From assembly GCA_016720805.1 (NCBI GenBank), contig JADKJZ010000002.1:92664-156663 (forward strand): 64,000 nucleotides of DNA, written 5' to 3'. The stretch comes from Gemmatimonadota bacterium (lineage in GTDB: Bacteria > Gemmatimonadota > Gemmatimonadetes > Gemmatimonadales > GWC2-71-9). This document shows positions 56,838 to 64,000 of the stretch, piece by piece. Made by a program: the position numbers and the translations under genes. The notes below the pieces were generated by a model, which worked only from the letters and a program-made list of their open reading frames with translations, was not told the origin of the DNA and searched no databases. The number at the start of each line of letters is the position of its first letter. Position 1 is the first letter of the stretch.

Positions 56838-57515
56838 TCAGGATCCACCATGACCGAAATGCCCTTCGACGATCAGTGGATGCAGCCCTGATCCGGAATG
56901 CTGACCCAGACCTTCCGCGACGAGCGTCACGCCGATGAGGAGCAGGAAGCTCAGGGCCAGCATCTTGACCGTGGGATGCCGGTCCACAAAGCCGCTGATC
57001 GCGTCTGCGAAGAAGATCATGAACGAAATGGCAATCAGCAGCGCCGTGATCGCATCTGAGGTCGCGCTGGCGGCATCGACAAAGCGCTGAACGACCACTG
57101 CGGGAGTCGGCACGGCGAGCAGCATGATCTGGATGCCGCTTCCTCAAGGAGGGCGCCCCGAGCGGACATGGCGCCTTCATCGCCGCAGTCATCGGGTTCG
57201 CGGATATCGGCGTGCGGTTCGCGAGCAGGAAGAGACCGGCCGCGAGCAGGATCAGGTCCGTCCGGTGGTCACTGCACCGGCACTGGTGAAGAGCGGGGCC
57301 GTCAGCTTGATGATCCACGCCAGCGAAAAGAGCAGCGCGACCCGCGAAATGACGGCGAGCAGGAGGCCAAGGCGCCGCGCCTTCGATTGCTGGCTCGCCG
57401 GCAACTTGGACGCGAGGATGCTGATGAAGACCAGATTGTCGATCCCCAGCACGACCTCAAGCGCCGTCAGGGTCCCGAGTGCGATCCATGCCTGCGGGTC
57501 AGTCAGCCATTCCAT
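56838..57515 (-). pseudogene. TerC-family membrane protein, decayed: at least two frame changes, a replaced central segment and a non-canonical C-terminus
   Basis: Frame 1: MEWLTDPQAWIALGTLTALEVVLGIDNLVFISILASKLP...APLFTSAGAVTTGRT*. Frame 2: ...DLILLAAGLFLLAN... A third frame: ...GIQIMLL[AVPTPAVVVQRFVDAASA]TSDAITALLIAISFMIFFADAISGFVDRHPTVKMLALSFLLLIGVTLVAEGLGQH, followed by an unrelated tail. The conserved second LDS-type motif is missing. Confidence 0.65.
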
Positions 57516-57628
57516 TCGCCGACGTCGGCGCGCGCCGCAGCCTTCACGCCGCGCGGCGAGGTGGCGATCGCTGAAAGCGTGCATGGCATCGTCGCGCGGT
57601 GACCGATGTCAGCGCCGGGACGGGGCTG

Positions 57629-58021
57629 TTACGGCGCCTTCCCGTCCAGCACCCATGCGCGGCGGATCAACCCGCCCTGCACGAGGTACATCCAGGTTGC
57701 CTGTGTCCGTTCCGGCGGCCCGCCCGTGAAGTGCTCCTGGTCGATAACCAGGTTGCCCTCGACGATCCTCGGCTGCACCGTGATGCGCCAACCGGGCGGC
57801 ATGGGCGGCAGCGACCGGGCGTAGCGGGCGCGGATGCTGTCGCGCCCCTGCGCGATGATCTGACCACCCGGAAAGCGCTCGAAGACGGCGTCCGGCGCGA
57901 CCAGCAGTGCCATCGCATTCGCGTCGCGCGCATTGGCCGCATCGACGAAGCGCTGCACGACCACCTCTGGCGTCGGCACGGCGGCCTGTTGTGCTGACGC
58001 GTTCCCGGCGAGGGAGGGCAA
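57629..58021 (-). CDS. NTF2/SnoaL-like fold protein (probably secreted; signal peptide may lie in another frame up to 58052)
   Basis: 130 aa from a TTG start: ...NASAQQAAVPTPEVVVQRFVDAANARDANAMALLVAPDAVFERFPGG...LVIDQEHF. An upstream ATG at 58050-58052 in the -1 frame encodes MTALCRSTALLALP. Confidence 0.7.
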   Translation of the reverse strand: MPSLAGNASAQQAAVPTPEVVVQRFVDAANARDANAMALLVAPDAVFERFPGGQIIAQGRDSIRARYARSLPPMPPGWRITVQPRIVEGNLVIDQEHFTGGPPERTQATWMYLVQGGLIRRAWVLDGKAP

Positions 58022-58091
58022 GGAGTGCCGTGCTGCGACAGAGTGCAGTCATCTGCGTGGTGGGGTTGGGCATCTCGTTCCTCAGGCGTGG

Positions 58092-58580
58092 TTAGTCGAG
58101 CCGGACAAATTCCATCTCCCAGTTCACTTCCCAGGTGACGCCGCCGTCGACCGAGAAGGCCTGATCCCAACGGGGATGGCCCTCGGGTGAGATGCGCCAG
58201 CTGAAGCGGATTCGAACAGGCACACCGTTGAGCGAATCCTCCGCGAAGAACAGGCCCACGCCATCGGAAAAGCGACCAACCACCGGCGTGTCGAGTGCCC
58301 CCGGGAAACGGCCGTCGAGCCACCAGATCGACCAGGTGCCCGCGGCCGGGTCAAACGAGCGAAGCGCCACCGCGCGGTAGCTCCCCGTCGGCAGGAAGAG
58401 CTGATTGTCCTCGACGTTGCCGAAGCCGCCCAGCGTCTTCTGCGTCGATGACAGTCCGTCGAAGGTCTCCCACTCGGTACACCCGGCCAGGCGCGCCTTG
58501 AGACGGCGATGATGGACGTGCCAGTCGCCGATGACGAAATCGAAATCCGTTGGAGCGGAGGGGTCGAGCGGTAGCGACAT
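58092..58580 (-). CDS. Conserved-looking hypothetical protein (beta-rich, about 162 aa)
   Basis: Trimmed to MSLPLDPSAPTDFDFVIGDWHVHHRRLKARLAGCTEWETFDG...RSFDPAAGTWSIWWLDGR...RIRFSWRISPEGHPRWDQAFSVDGGVTWEVNWEMEFVR. I could not name the family with confidence. Confidence 0.6.
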   Translation of the reverse strand: MSLPLDPSAPTDFDFVIGDWHVHHRRLKARLAGCTEWETFDGLSSTQKTLGGFGNVEDNQLFLPTGSYRAVALRSFDPAAGTWSIWWLDGRFPGALDTPVVGRFSDGVGLFFAEDSLNGVPVRIRFSWRISPEGHPRWDQAFSVDGGVTWEVNWEMEFVRLD

Positions 58581-58675
58581 GAGAACCCCAGGGAGGGAGC
58601 GCTGCAGGGAGGGCCCAGTCGAGGCCCGCGCGTGATGCTGGAATTCTAATGCGCGCGGACCACGGCGTGACGCCA

Positions 58676-60631
58676 CTACATCGTGGAGGCCAATCGCTCC
58701 GACAGGACGTCCATTTTGGTCCCAACCTGATGGAGCAGCTGCGCCCCGGGCGCGCCCCGCTGCTGCATCAGGCCGTACCAGAGGTGCCACGGGCCGACCC
58801 CCTCGCGGCGGCGGGCGTCCGCCTCCGCCGTGGCGGCCGCGATCGCCGCCTCGGCGCCGGCATCAAGCTGCAGCCCCTCGCTCCGGAGCGGATCCGCGTC
58901 GGGGAGGAGCCTCGTGCCGATCAACGCGCGCAGCCGCGGCATGTCGGCGCCGGTGCCGAGGAGGAATGAGAGGAAGGCACCATCGCGGAGGCGGAGCACA
59001 CCGACGAGCAGGTGTTCTGTGGTGATCGCCGGCTGCGCCTGCCGCGCCGCATCGTCCGCGGCCAGTTGCAGCACACGGACCGCCATCTCGTCCATCGGCG
59101 GCGGCGACTGCCTGGTGGCATCGATCTCGGCCAGGATCTCCTCGAGGGTCCCTGCTCCGCAGATCGCCAGGAGTTGACGCACGTCGTCGGATGTCGGGTC
59201 GTGGAAGTACTGGACGTGTCCGCGGGCCGTCGCGCGCGCCGAGCCGTGCCCCGGCCAGTCGTGATCGAGATCGGCTCCGCGGCGCACGAGATATTCGGCG
59301 AGCGGGACCATCAGGTTCCCCACCGCCTCGCGGAGCAGCGGCCACTGGAACGGCGAGTGGTCGATCGGGAAACCCGCGTCAAGGAGTGCATCCATCGCCG
59401 TCCATCGCTGGTTCCATCCGGCGATCTGGAACGCCTCGTACATGATCTCGAGGTCGTCCGCGTCGTGGTGGGGAGGGAGGTGACCCTGGTGCAGTCCCAT
59501 CGCCACCGGATCAGGGCGATTGAGCCGTCCCTCCGGGGTGAGCCGCCCCTTGCCGGCGATGAAGCGCTTGACGCCGGCGACGTCGCCGAGGCCCGCAGCG
59601 ATCCAGAGGGCGCGCCGTGGCGTGACCCGTGCGGCGATGACATCGACCGCCGCTGGGTTCCGGAAGCGGGCGATCGCATGCTCGAGGATCGGAATGCTGT
59701 TCGGGGGCAGCCAGTCGGGGTCGGCGCCGCGATCGAGGCACCACTGCACCGTCTCGGCGAGGAGGCCGGCGTGTGTGTGGGTGCCATCGAGCGGCCAGCC
59801 GAGGAGCTGTTCGTTGAGCTCGCGCTGGATGTCGACGCCGCGCGCGGCGAGCAGGTCGGTGACGCGTCGCGCGTCGGGGGTCGTCGCGTTGCGCTCGGCG
59901 CGGAGTGCCATCGTCCCCAAGGTGTTGCGCCACTCGCGATCCGTCACCGACGGGGTGAGCAGCTCCGGGTAGGCGTCGAGGATCGCCGAGAGGGCCGCGG
60001 CGTCGTGCTGCTGAATCGCCTGCCCCGCCTGCGCTCGTGGGCCACTCTCTCGATCCCACACGTTCTTGTCGTTGCGCCGCCGCGATTCGTCGCCACGTGC
60101 GATCAACTCCTCCCAGCTGGCCCGACGATAGCGCCGCGCGACGACGAGTCGCGCCTCGTCGATCGTGATGGGGGTCGCGAGGATCTCCGGGAGCGGCCGC
60201 GCGAAGAAGCGCGGGACGAAGTGGGCGAGCTCTCGCGCGGCAATGACGTCGCCGCGCTCGTGTCGGGTGACCACGTTCCTGGCCCGCGCCTCGAAGCGTG
60301 CGAGGCCGTCGTCGGCAACGTTGAATCGCGGGGCATGGCGATGCCGTTCGAGTACTTCGAAGTACTCAATCATCCTCGGCCAACTCGTGAAGCCGTATTC
60401 GCGTGCGATCACGTGCTGCACGTCGGCCAACTGGAGCGCCTCGACGCCGGTGTCGCGCAGGGCGGCGGGATGGGCCGCCTGCACGCGACGCAACGCGTCG
60501 GGGTCGCCGGCATGCAACTGCTTGAGGAGCGCCTTGGCCTGCTTGCGCTCGTACTCGAGATGCGGAGTGGCGGGGAGCGGGCGGGCGCTGTGCGCGATCG
60601 GGTCAGCGCGCCTGGGGCTGGTGCCGGACAT
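58676..60631 (-). CDS. Ankyrin-type protein with the shared N-terminal module, fused to a C-terminal double Clp_N repeat (paralogue group 3 of 3)
   Basis: ATG at 60631 is preceded by AAGGAGAT. N-terminal PHLEYERKQAKALLKQLHAGDPDAL...VQHVIAREYGFTSWPRM. C-terminal ITTEHLLVGVLRLRDGAFLSFLLGTGADMPRLRALI and VGPWHLWYGLMQQRGAPGAQLLHQVGTKMDVLSERL. Confidence 0.75.
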   Translation of the reverse strand: MSGTSPRRADPIAHSARPLPATPHLEYERKQAKALLKQLHAGDPDALRRVQAAHPAALRDTGVEALQLADVQHVIAREYGFTSWPRMIEYFEVLERHRHAPRFNVADDGLARFEARARNVVTRHERGDVIAARELAHFVPRFFARPLPEILATPITIDEARLVVARRYRRASWEELIARGDESRRRNDKNVWDRESGPRAQAGQAIQQHDAAALSAILDAYPELLTPSVTDREWRNTLGTMALRAERNATTPDARRVTDLLAARGVDIQRELNEQLLGWPLDGTHTHAGLLAETVQWCLDRGADPDWLPPNSIPILEHAIARFRNPAAVDVIAARVTPRRALWIAAGLGDVAGVKRFIAGKGRLTPEGRLNRPDPVAMGLHQGHLPPHHDADDLEIMYEAFQIAGWNQRWTAMDALLDAGFPIDHSPFQWPLLREAVGNLMVPLAEYLVRRGADLDHDWPGHGSARATARGHVQYFHDPTSDDVRQLLAICGAGTLEEILAEIDATRQSPPPMDEMAVRVLQLAADDAARQAQPAITTEHLLVGVLRLRDGAFLSFLLGTGADMPRLRALIGTRLLPDADPLRSEGLQLDAGAEAAIAAATAEADARRREGVGPWHLWYGLMQQRGAPGAQLLHQVGTKMDVLSERLASTM

Positions 60632-61030
60632 GGGATCTCCTTTCGTGGTGACCCGTGTCCGCCAGATGGGTCCGAAAAGAGGATGAGTTGTCGGGGTGCT
60701 GCGGGACTGCGACGACATCGGAGGGGACCATCCCTTCCCGCGGACCGGAGGCGCTCCGACCAGCGCCTTCGATCAAGCTAGCACGCGGGCCGGAATCGCG
60801 GAAGCGAGGTGGCTTCAGGTGCGCAGTCCCAGCCAGATTGCGCTCCTGCGAGATGGGAATCGTGGTGCAGCATGGCCACCTCCTCGCGAAGCAGCGTGTG
60901 GGACGATGTCCATGGGATGGTGCACGCGAGGCGTGCGACGAGACGGACCATGCCACGTCCCTAGAGAGCAGCCCCTCCCGTCCAACGTGTTCTGGCCGCG
61001 ATCGGGCCGCAGCTCCACCACTACTCTCCT

Positions 61031-63715
61031 GTGAGTCAGCCCGTGCCCTCTGCTGCCCTCCCCTCGCCTCACGCTCCCCTGCATGCCGACGTCCGCCTGC
61101 TGGGGCAGCTCCTCGGTACCACGCTTCGTGAACAGGAAGGCGATGCGCTCTATGCGACCGTCGAGCGCGTCCGGGCCATGGCCAAGGCGGTCCGCGCCGG
61201 ACAGGTGGCGCGTGAGGAGCTTAGCCGCACGCTCCAAGGCCTCTCGGCCATGGACTCGCTGACGATCGCCCGCGCGCTTGCCCACTTTCTGGGCCTCGCC
61301 AACATCGCCGAACAACACCATCGCATCCGACGCCGACGCGACTACCAGCGGGCGCCGGAGCAGGGTCCCCAGCGGGGGTCGCTGGCCGAGAGCCTCCCGA
61401 GGCTGCGCGCCGCCGGTATGCGCGCCGACGCCTTGCACGCGGCGGTGGAGTCGCTGCAGGTGGAACTGGTCCTCACGGCGCACCCGACCGAAGTGGTGCG
61501 ACGCACGGTGCGACGCGCGTATCGACGGATCGCTGACCACCTCGACCAGAGAGATCGACCAGACCTCACCCCGCTCGAGCAGGAGGAGGTGCTCCGGGGT
61601 CTCGCCGCAGAAATCACCGCGCTATGGCTCACCAATGAAGTCCGCCGTGAGGCACCGACGCCTTTCGAGGAAGTGAAGTGGGGGTTGGTCGCATTCGAAC
61701 AGACCCTGTGGGACGCGTTACCCCGCTCGCTCCGTGAACTCGATCGCGTGCTTCAGGCGGCCACGGGGGCAGGATTGTCGCTTGATGCCGCCCCGCTCCG
61801 CTTCGGTAGCTGGATCGGTGGCGATCGTGACGGCAACCCCAACGTCACTCCGCTGGTGACTGCCCAGGCAGTGATGCTGGCCCGGTGGATGGCAACGGAC
61901 CTCTATCGGCGGGAGCTCCAGGCGCTTCGCGGTGAACTCTCGATGCAGCGGGCGAACGATGAGCTGCGTGCCGTCGTGGGCGACGCGCCGGAGCCCTATC
62001 GCGCGCTGCTCAAGCCCGTGGTTGCCCGCCTGCTCGCGATGCGAGATCGCATGACCACGTTGCTTGACTCCGGCGCCCCCTTTGAGCCGGCGGATGCCGA
62101 CTACCCCGATGCCGAGGCGCTCGCGGAACCGCTCCGGCTCTGCTACCGCTCCTTGTACGAGTCGGGTGCCGGCCGGATCGCGGACGGTCGCCTGCTCGAC
62201 ATCCTGAGACGGATTCCGAGCTTTGGCATCTCGCTCGCACGGCTCGACCTGCGGCAGGAAGCCAGTCGTCATACCGACGCGCTCACCGCGATCACCCAGG
62301 CGGCCGGGCTGGGCTCCTACGCCGACTGGGACGAGTCGACGCGGCAGGAGTTCCTGCGCGCAGAGCTGAGCGGGGAGGCGTCCGTCATCGCCGGCGCGTT
62401 CGTCAACGGCGCGACTTACACACCGGAGATCACCGACGTCCTCGACGCCGTGCGCACGGCCGCCACCCTCCCGCGCGATGCGCTGGGCGCCTACGTGATC
62501 TCCATGGCGGCCCATCCCTCCGACGTGCTCGCGGTGCGCGCGTTGCAGGAGGGGGCCGGGCTCACACCACCGCTCCGTGTGGTGCCGCTCTTCGAGACGG
62601 TGGACGATCTTCAACACGCCGCCACGGTCATCGATGGGCTGCTGGTGCTGCCGTGGTATCGCGAACGGGTGGGCCCGACGATCGAGGTGATGGTCGGTTA
62701 CTCCGATTCCGCGAAGGATGGGGGTCGGCTTGCGGCGGCATGGGAACTCTACGCGGCGCAGGAGCGGCTCGTGACCGTCGCCGAGCGGCACGGGGTACGG
62801 CTCACCCTCTTTCACGGCCGCGGCGGCTCGGTCGGGCGAGGTGGAGGTCCGACACACCTGGCGATTCAGTCGCAACCCGCTGGCTCGGTCAACGGCACGA
62901 TTCGCGTCACCGAGCAAGGCGAGATGGTGGACGCCAAGTTTGGCCTGCCAGCGATCGCGGACCGCACCCTTGAGGTGTATACCACGGCCACCTTGGAAGC
63001 CTCGTTGCACCCCGCCGTCGCAATCCCCGAGGCGTGGCGGCTGCGGATGCAAGCGCTCGCCGACACCTCGCGGGCACATTTCCGCAGCATCGTCTACGAC
63101 ATGCCGGAATTCATCGACTACTTCCACGCCGCGACGCCTGAAGGGGAATTGGCCCATCTGCGGACCGGGAGTCGGCCGGCACGTCGGCGTGGCAACGGCG
63201 GCGTCAAGTCACTCCGTGCAATCCCCTGGGTCTTCGCATGGACGCAGACGCGCTTGCAGCTTGCCTCATGGCTCGGCGTGGGGGCCGCGCTCGATCAAGC
63301 CCTGGCAGCGGGGCACGCCGATGAGCTCCGGGCCATGTATCTGGAGTGGCCATTCTTCCGCTCGACCCTCGACCTCATCGCAATGGTCGTGGCAAAGTCG
63401 TCCCCGGAGATCGCAGCGCAATACGATGCCGCCCTGGTGCCCGCGCCGCTGCAGCCGCTCGGCGTGGCCCTGCGCGAGGATCTGGCACGCACCGAGCGCG
63501 TCCTGCGGGAGGTCACCGGGCATTCGCAGCTCCTCGAGGAGAACCCCGTGTTGCGCCGCTCGATTGATGTGCGGAACCCGTACGTCGACCCCATCAACCT
63601 GGTGCAAATCGAGGTGCTGCGCCGGTTGCGGGAAGCTGGGGCCGACCCGGCGCTATTCGAAGCATTTCTGATCACCGTGAACGGCGTGGCGGCGGGAATG
63701 CGGAATACGGGGTAA
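61031..63715 (+). CDS. ppc: Phosphoenolpyruvate carboxylase
   Basis: 894 aa, GTG start. VLTAHPTEVVRRTV, GYSDSAKDGG, FHGRGGSVGRGGGP, and the C-terminal ...GMRNTG. Confidence 0.95.
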   Translation: MSQPVPSAALPSPHAPLHADVRLLGQLLGTTLREQEGDALYATVERVRAMAKAVRAGQVAREELSRTLQGLSAMDSLTIARALAHFLGLANIAEQHHRIRRRRDYQRAPEQGPQRGSLAESLPRLRAAGMRADALHAAVESLQVELVLTAHPTEVVRRTVRRAYRRIADHLDQRDRPDLTPLEQEEVLRGLAAEITALWLTNEVRREAPTPFEEVKWGLVAFEQTLWDALPRSLRELDRVLQAATGAGLSLDAAPLRFGSWIGGDRDGNPNVTPLVTAQAVMLARWMATDLYRRELQALRGELSMQRANDELRAVVGDAPEPYRALLKPVVARLLAMRDRMTTLLDSGAPFEPADADYPDAEALAEPLRLCYRSLYESGAGRIADGRLLDILRRIPSFGISLARLDLRQEASRHTDALTAITQAAGLGSYADWDESTRQEFLRAELSGEASVIAGAFVNGATYTPEITDVLDAVRTAATLPRDALGAYVISMAAHPSDVLAVRALQEGAGLTPPLRVVPLFETVDDLQHAATVIDGLLVLPWYRERVGPTIEVMVGYSDSAKDGGRLAAAWELYAAQERLVTVAERHGVRLTLFHGRGGSVGRGGGPTHLAIQSQPAGSVNGTIRVTEQGEMVDAKFGLPAIADRTLEVYTTATLEASLHPAVAIPEAWRLRMQALADTSRAHFRSIVYDMPEFIDYFHAATPEGELAHLRTGSRPARRRGNGGVKSLRAIPWVFAWTQTRLQLASWLGVGAALDQALAAGHADELRAMYLEWPFFRSTLDLIAMVVAKSSPEIAAQYDAALVPAPLQPLGVALREDLARTERVLREVTGHSQLLEENPVLRRSIDVRNPYVDPINLVQIEVLRRLREAGADPALFEAFLITVNGVAAGMRNTG

Positions 63716-63777
63716 GGCCGCAGGGGCACCGCTCCACCTTGCTCGTCAGCCGGCCCCCGGACGGCCGGTCGACGGGC

Positions 63778-64000
63778 CTAGCGCCGCCCGACCAGGAACC
63801 ACTGCTCCTGACGGGGCCGGAAAAAGTGCCAGCCGTCGTCGTCGAGCCAGGCGTCGTCCTCGAACATCACGAAGAGTTGCTCCCCGTTCCACTCCGGGAT
63901 CGGGGTCTTGGTATTCAACTCAACCGACAGGTACGACCCCTTCCGGAGTCGCTTGCCGTCGGCGCCGGGACGCGCCCCCGAGCGGAAATCGATGCTCGCG
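63778..64000 (-). CDS. Hypothetical protein, C-terminal 73 aa only (N-terminus off the window)
   Basis: My reverse translation gives [73 protein letters not shown], with the stop at 63778-63780. The frame is open to the window edge. Confidence 0.5.
   Translation of the reverse strand, partial: ASIDFRSGARPGADGKRLRKGSYLSVELNTKTPIPEWNGEQLFVMFEDDAWLDDDGWHFFRPRQEQWFLVGRR

Noticed and set aside
56260-57318. 352-aa minus-strand ORF as one protein.
   Set aside because: Only the last 162 aa (the ICMT/PEMT family) are credible. The upstream part is out-of-frame passage through the TerC pseudogene. It does contain the in-frame TerC fragment DLILLAAGLFLLAN, which helped identify the frameshift.

Overview
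High-GC (roughly two-thirds G+C by eye), densely coding bacterial chromosomal segment with about 65 genes on both strands. Many neighbouring genes have overlapping stop and start codons. Reading by eye, I found no rRNA, tRNA, CRISPR array, transposase, integrase or phage genes. Many long ORFs in the track are antisense shadow ORFs typical of high-GC DNA. I rejected those and trimmed several real genes to internal starts. The content is typical of a soil or sediment heterotroph, possibly Gemmatimonadota- or Acidobacteriota-like. That placement is inferred only from signal peptides ending in ...AQ, a DUF4199 plus membrane LuxR pair, and many secreted peptidases. Housekeeping anchors are ppc (61031-63715) and a frameshifted trmL. 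Secreted hydrolases include RidA, DUF1080, a beta-lactamase-fold hydrolase, an M28 peptidase, a Cys-type sulfatase and DPP-IV. There are many small DinB, DUF1801, VOC, NTF2, SRPBCC and cupin genes. The most interesting region is 11.6-23.9 kb. It holds a divergent locus with a GT-C (PMT_2-like) glycosyltransferase, a GT2 of polyprenyl-phosphate-sugar-synthase type, a UPF0104/MprF-flippase-like protein, an FAD oxidoreductase and a membrane-anchored amidohydrolase. These are arranged around two GH30-like paralogues. One paralogue is a 1256-aa lipoprotein carrying nine tandem Ig-like repeats of about 88 aa with Ser/Thr/Pro-rich linkers. Other notable items are listed below.
- A convergent radical-SAM (SPASM/twitch-like) and SAM-methyltransferase pair.
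- A six-gene, translationally coupled catabolic operon: creatininase-fold, ketopantoate-reductase-like, SDR, M20, APC permease and CocE/NonD.
- A lipoprotein with a C39-like Cys-His-Asp signature plus a PKD domain.
- Three paralogous ankyrin-type proteins, one fused to Clp_N repeats.
- A TetR gene flanked by a perfect 13-4-13 palindrome and a 16-nt copy of it.
- A decayed TerC gene containing a 52-nt patch copied from the 5' end of the neighbouring NTF2-like gene.
- Several frameshifts, all at short G/C homopolymers, so sequencing error cannot be excluded.
All functional calls rest on motif and family recognition by eye. No database search was run.
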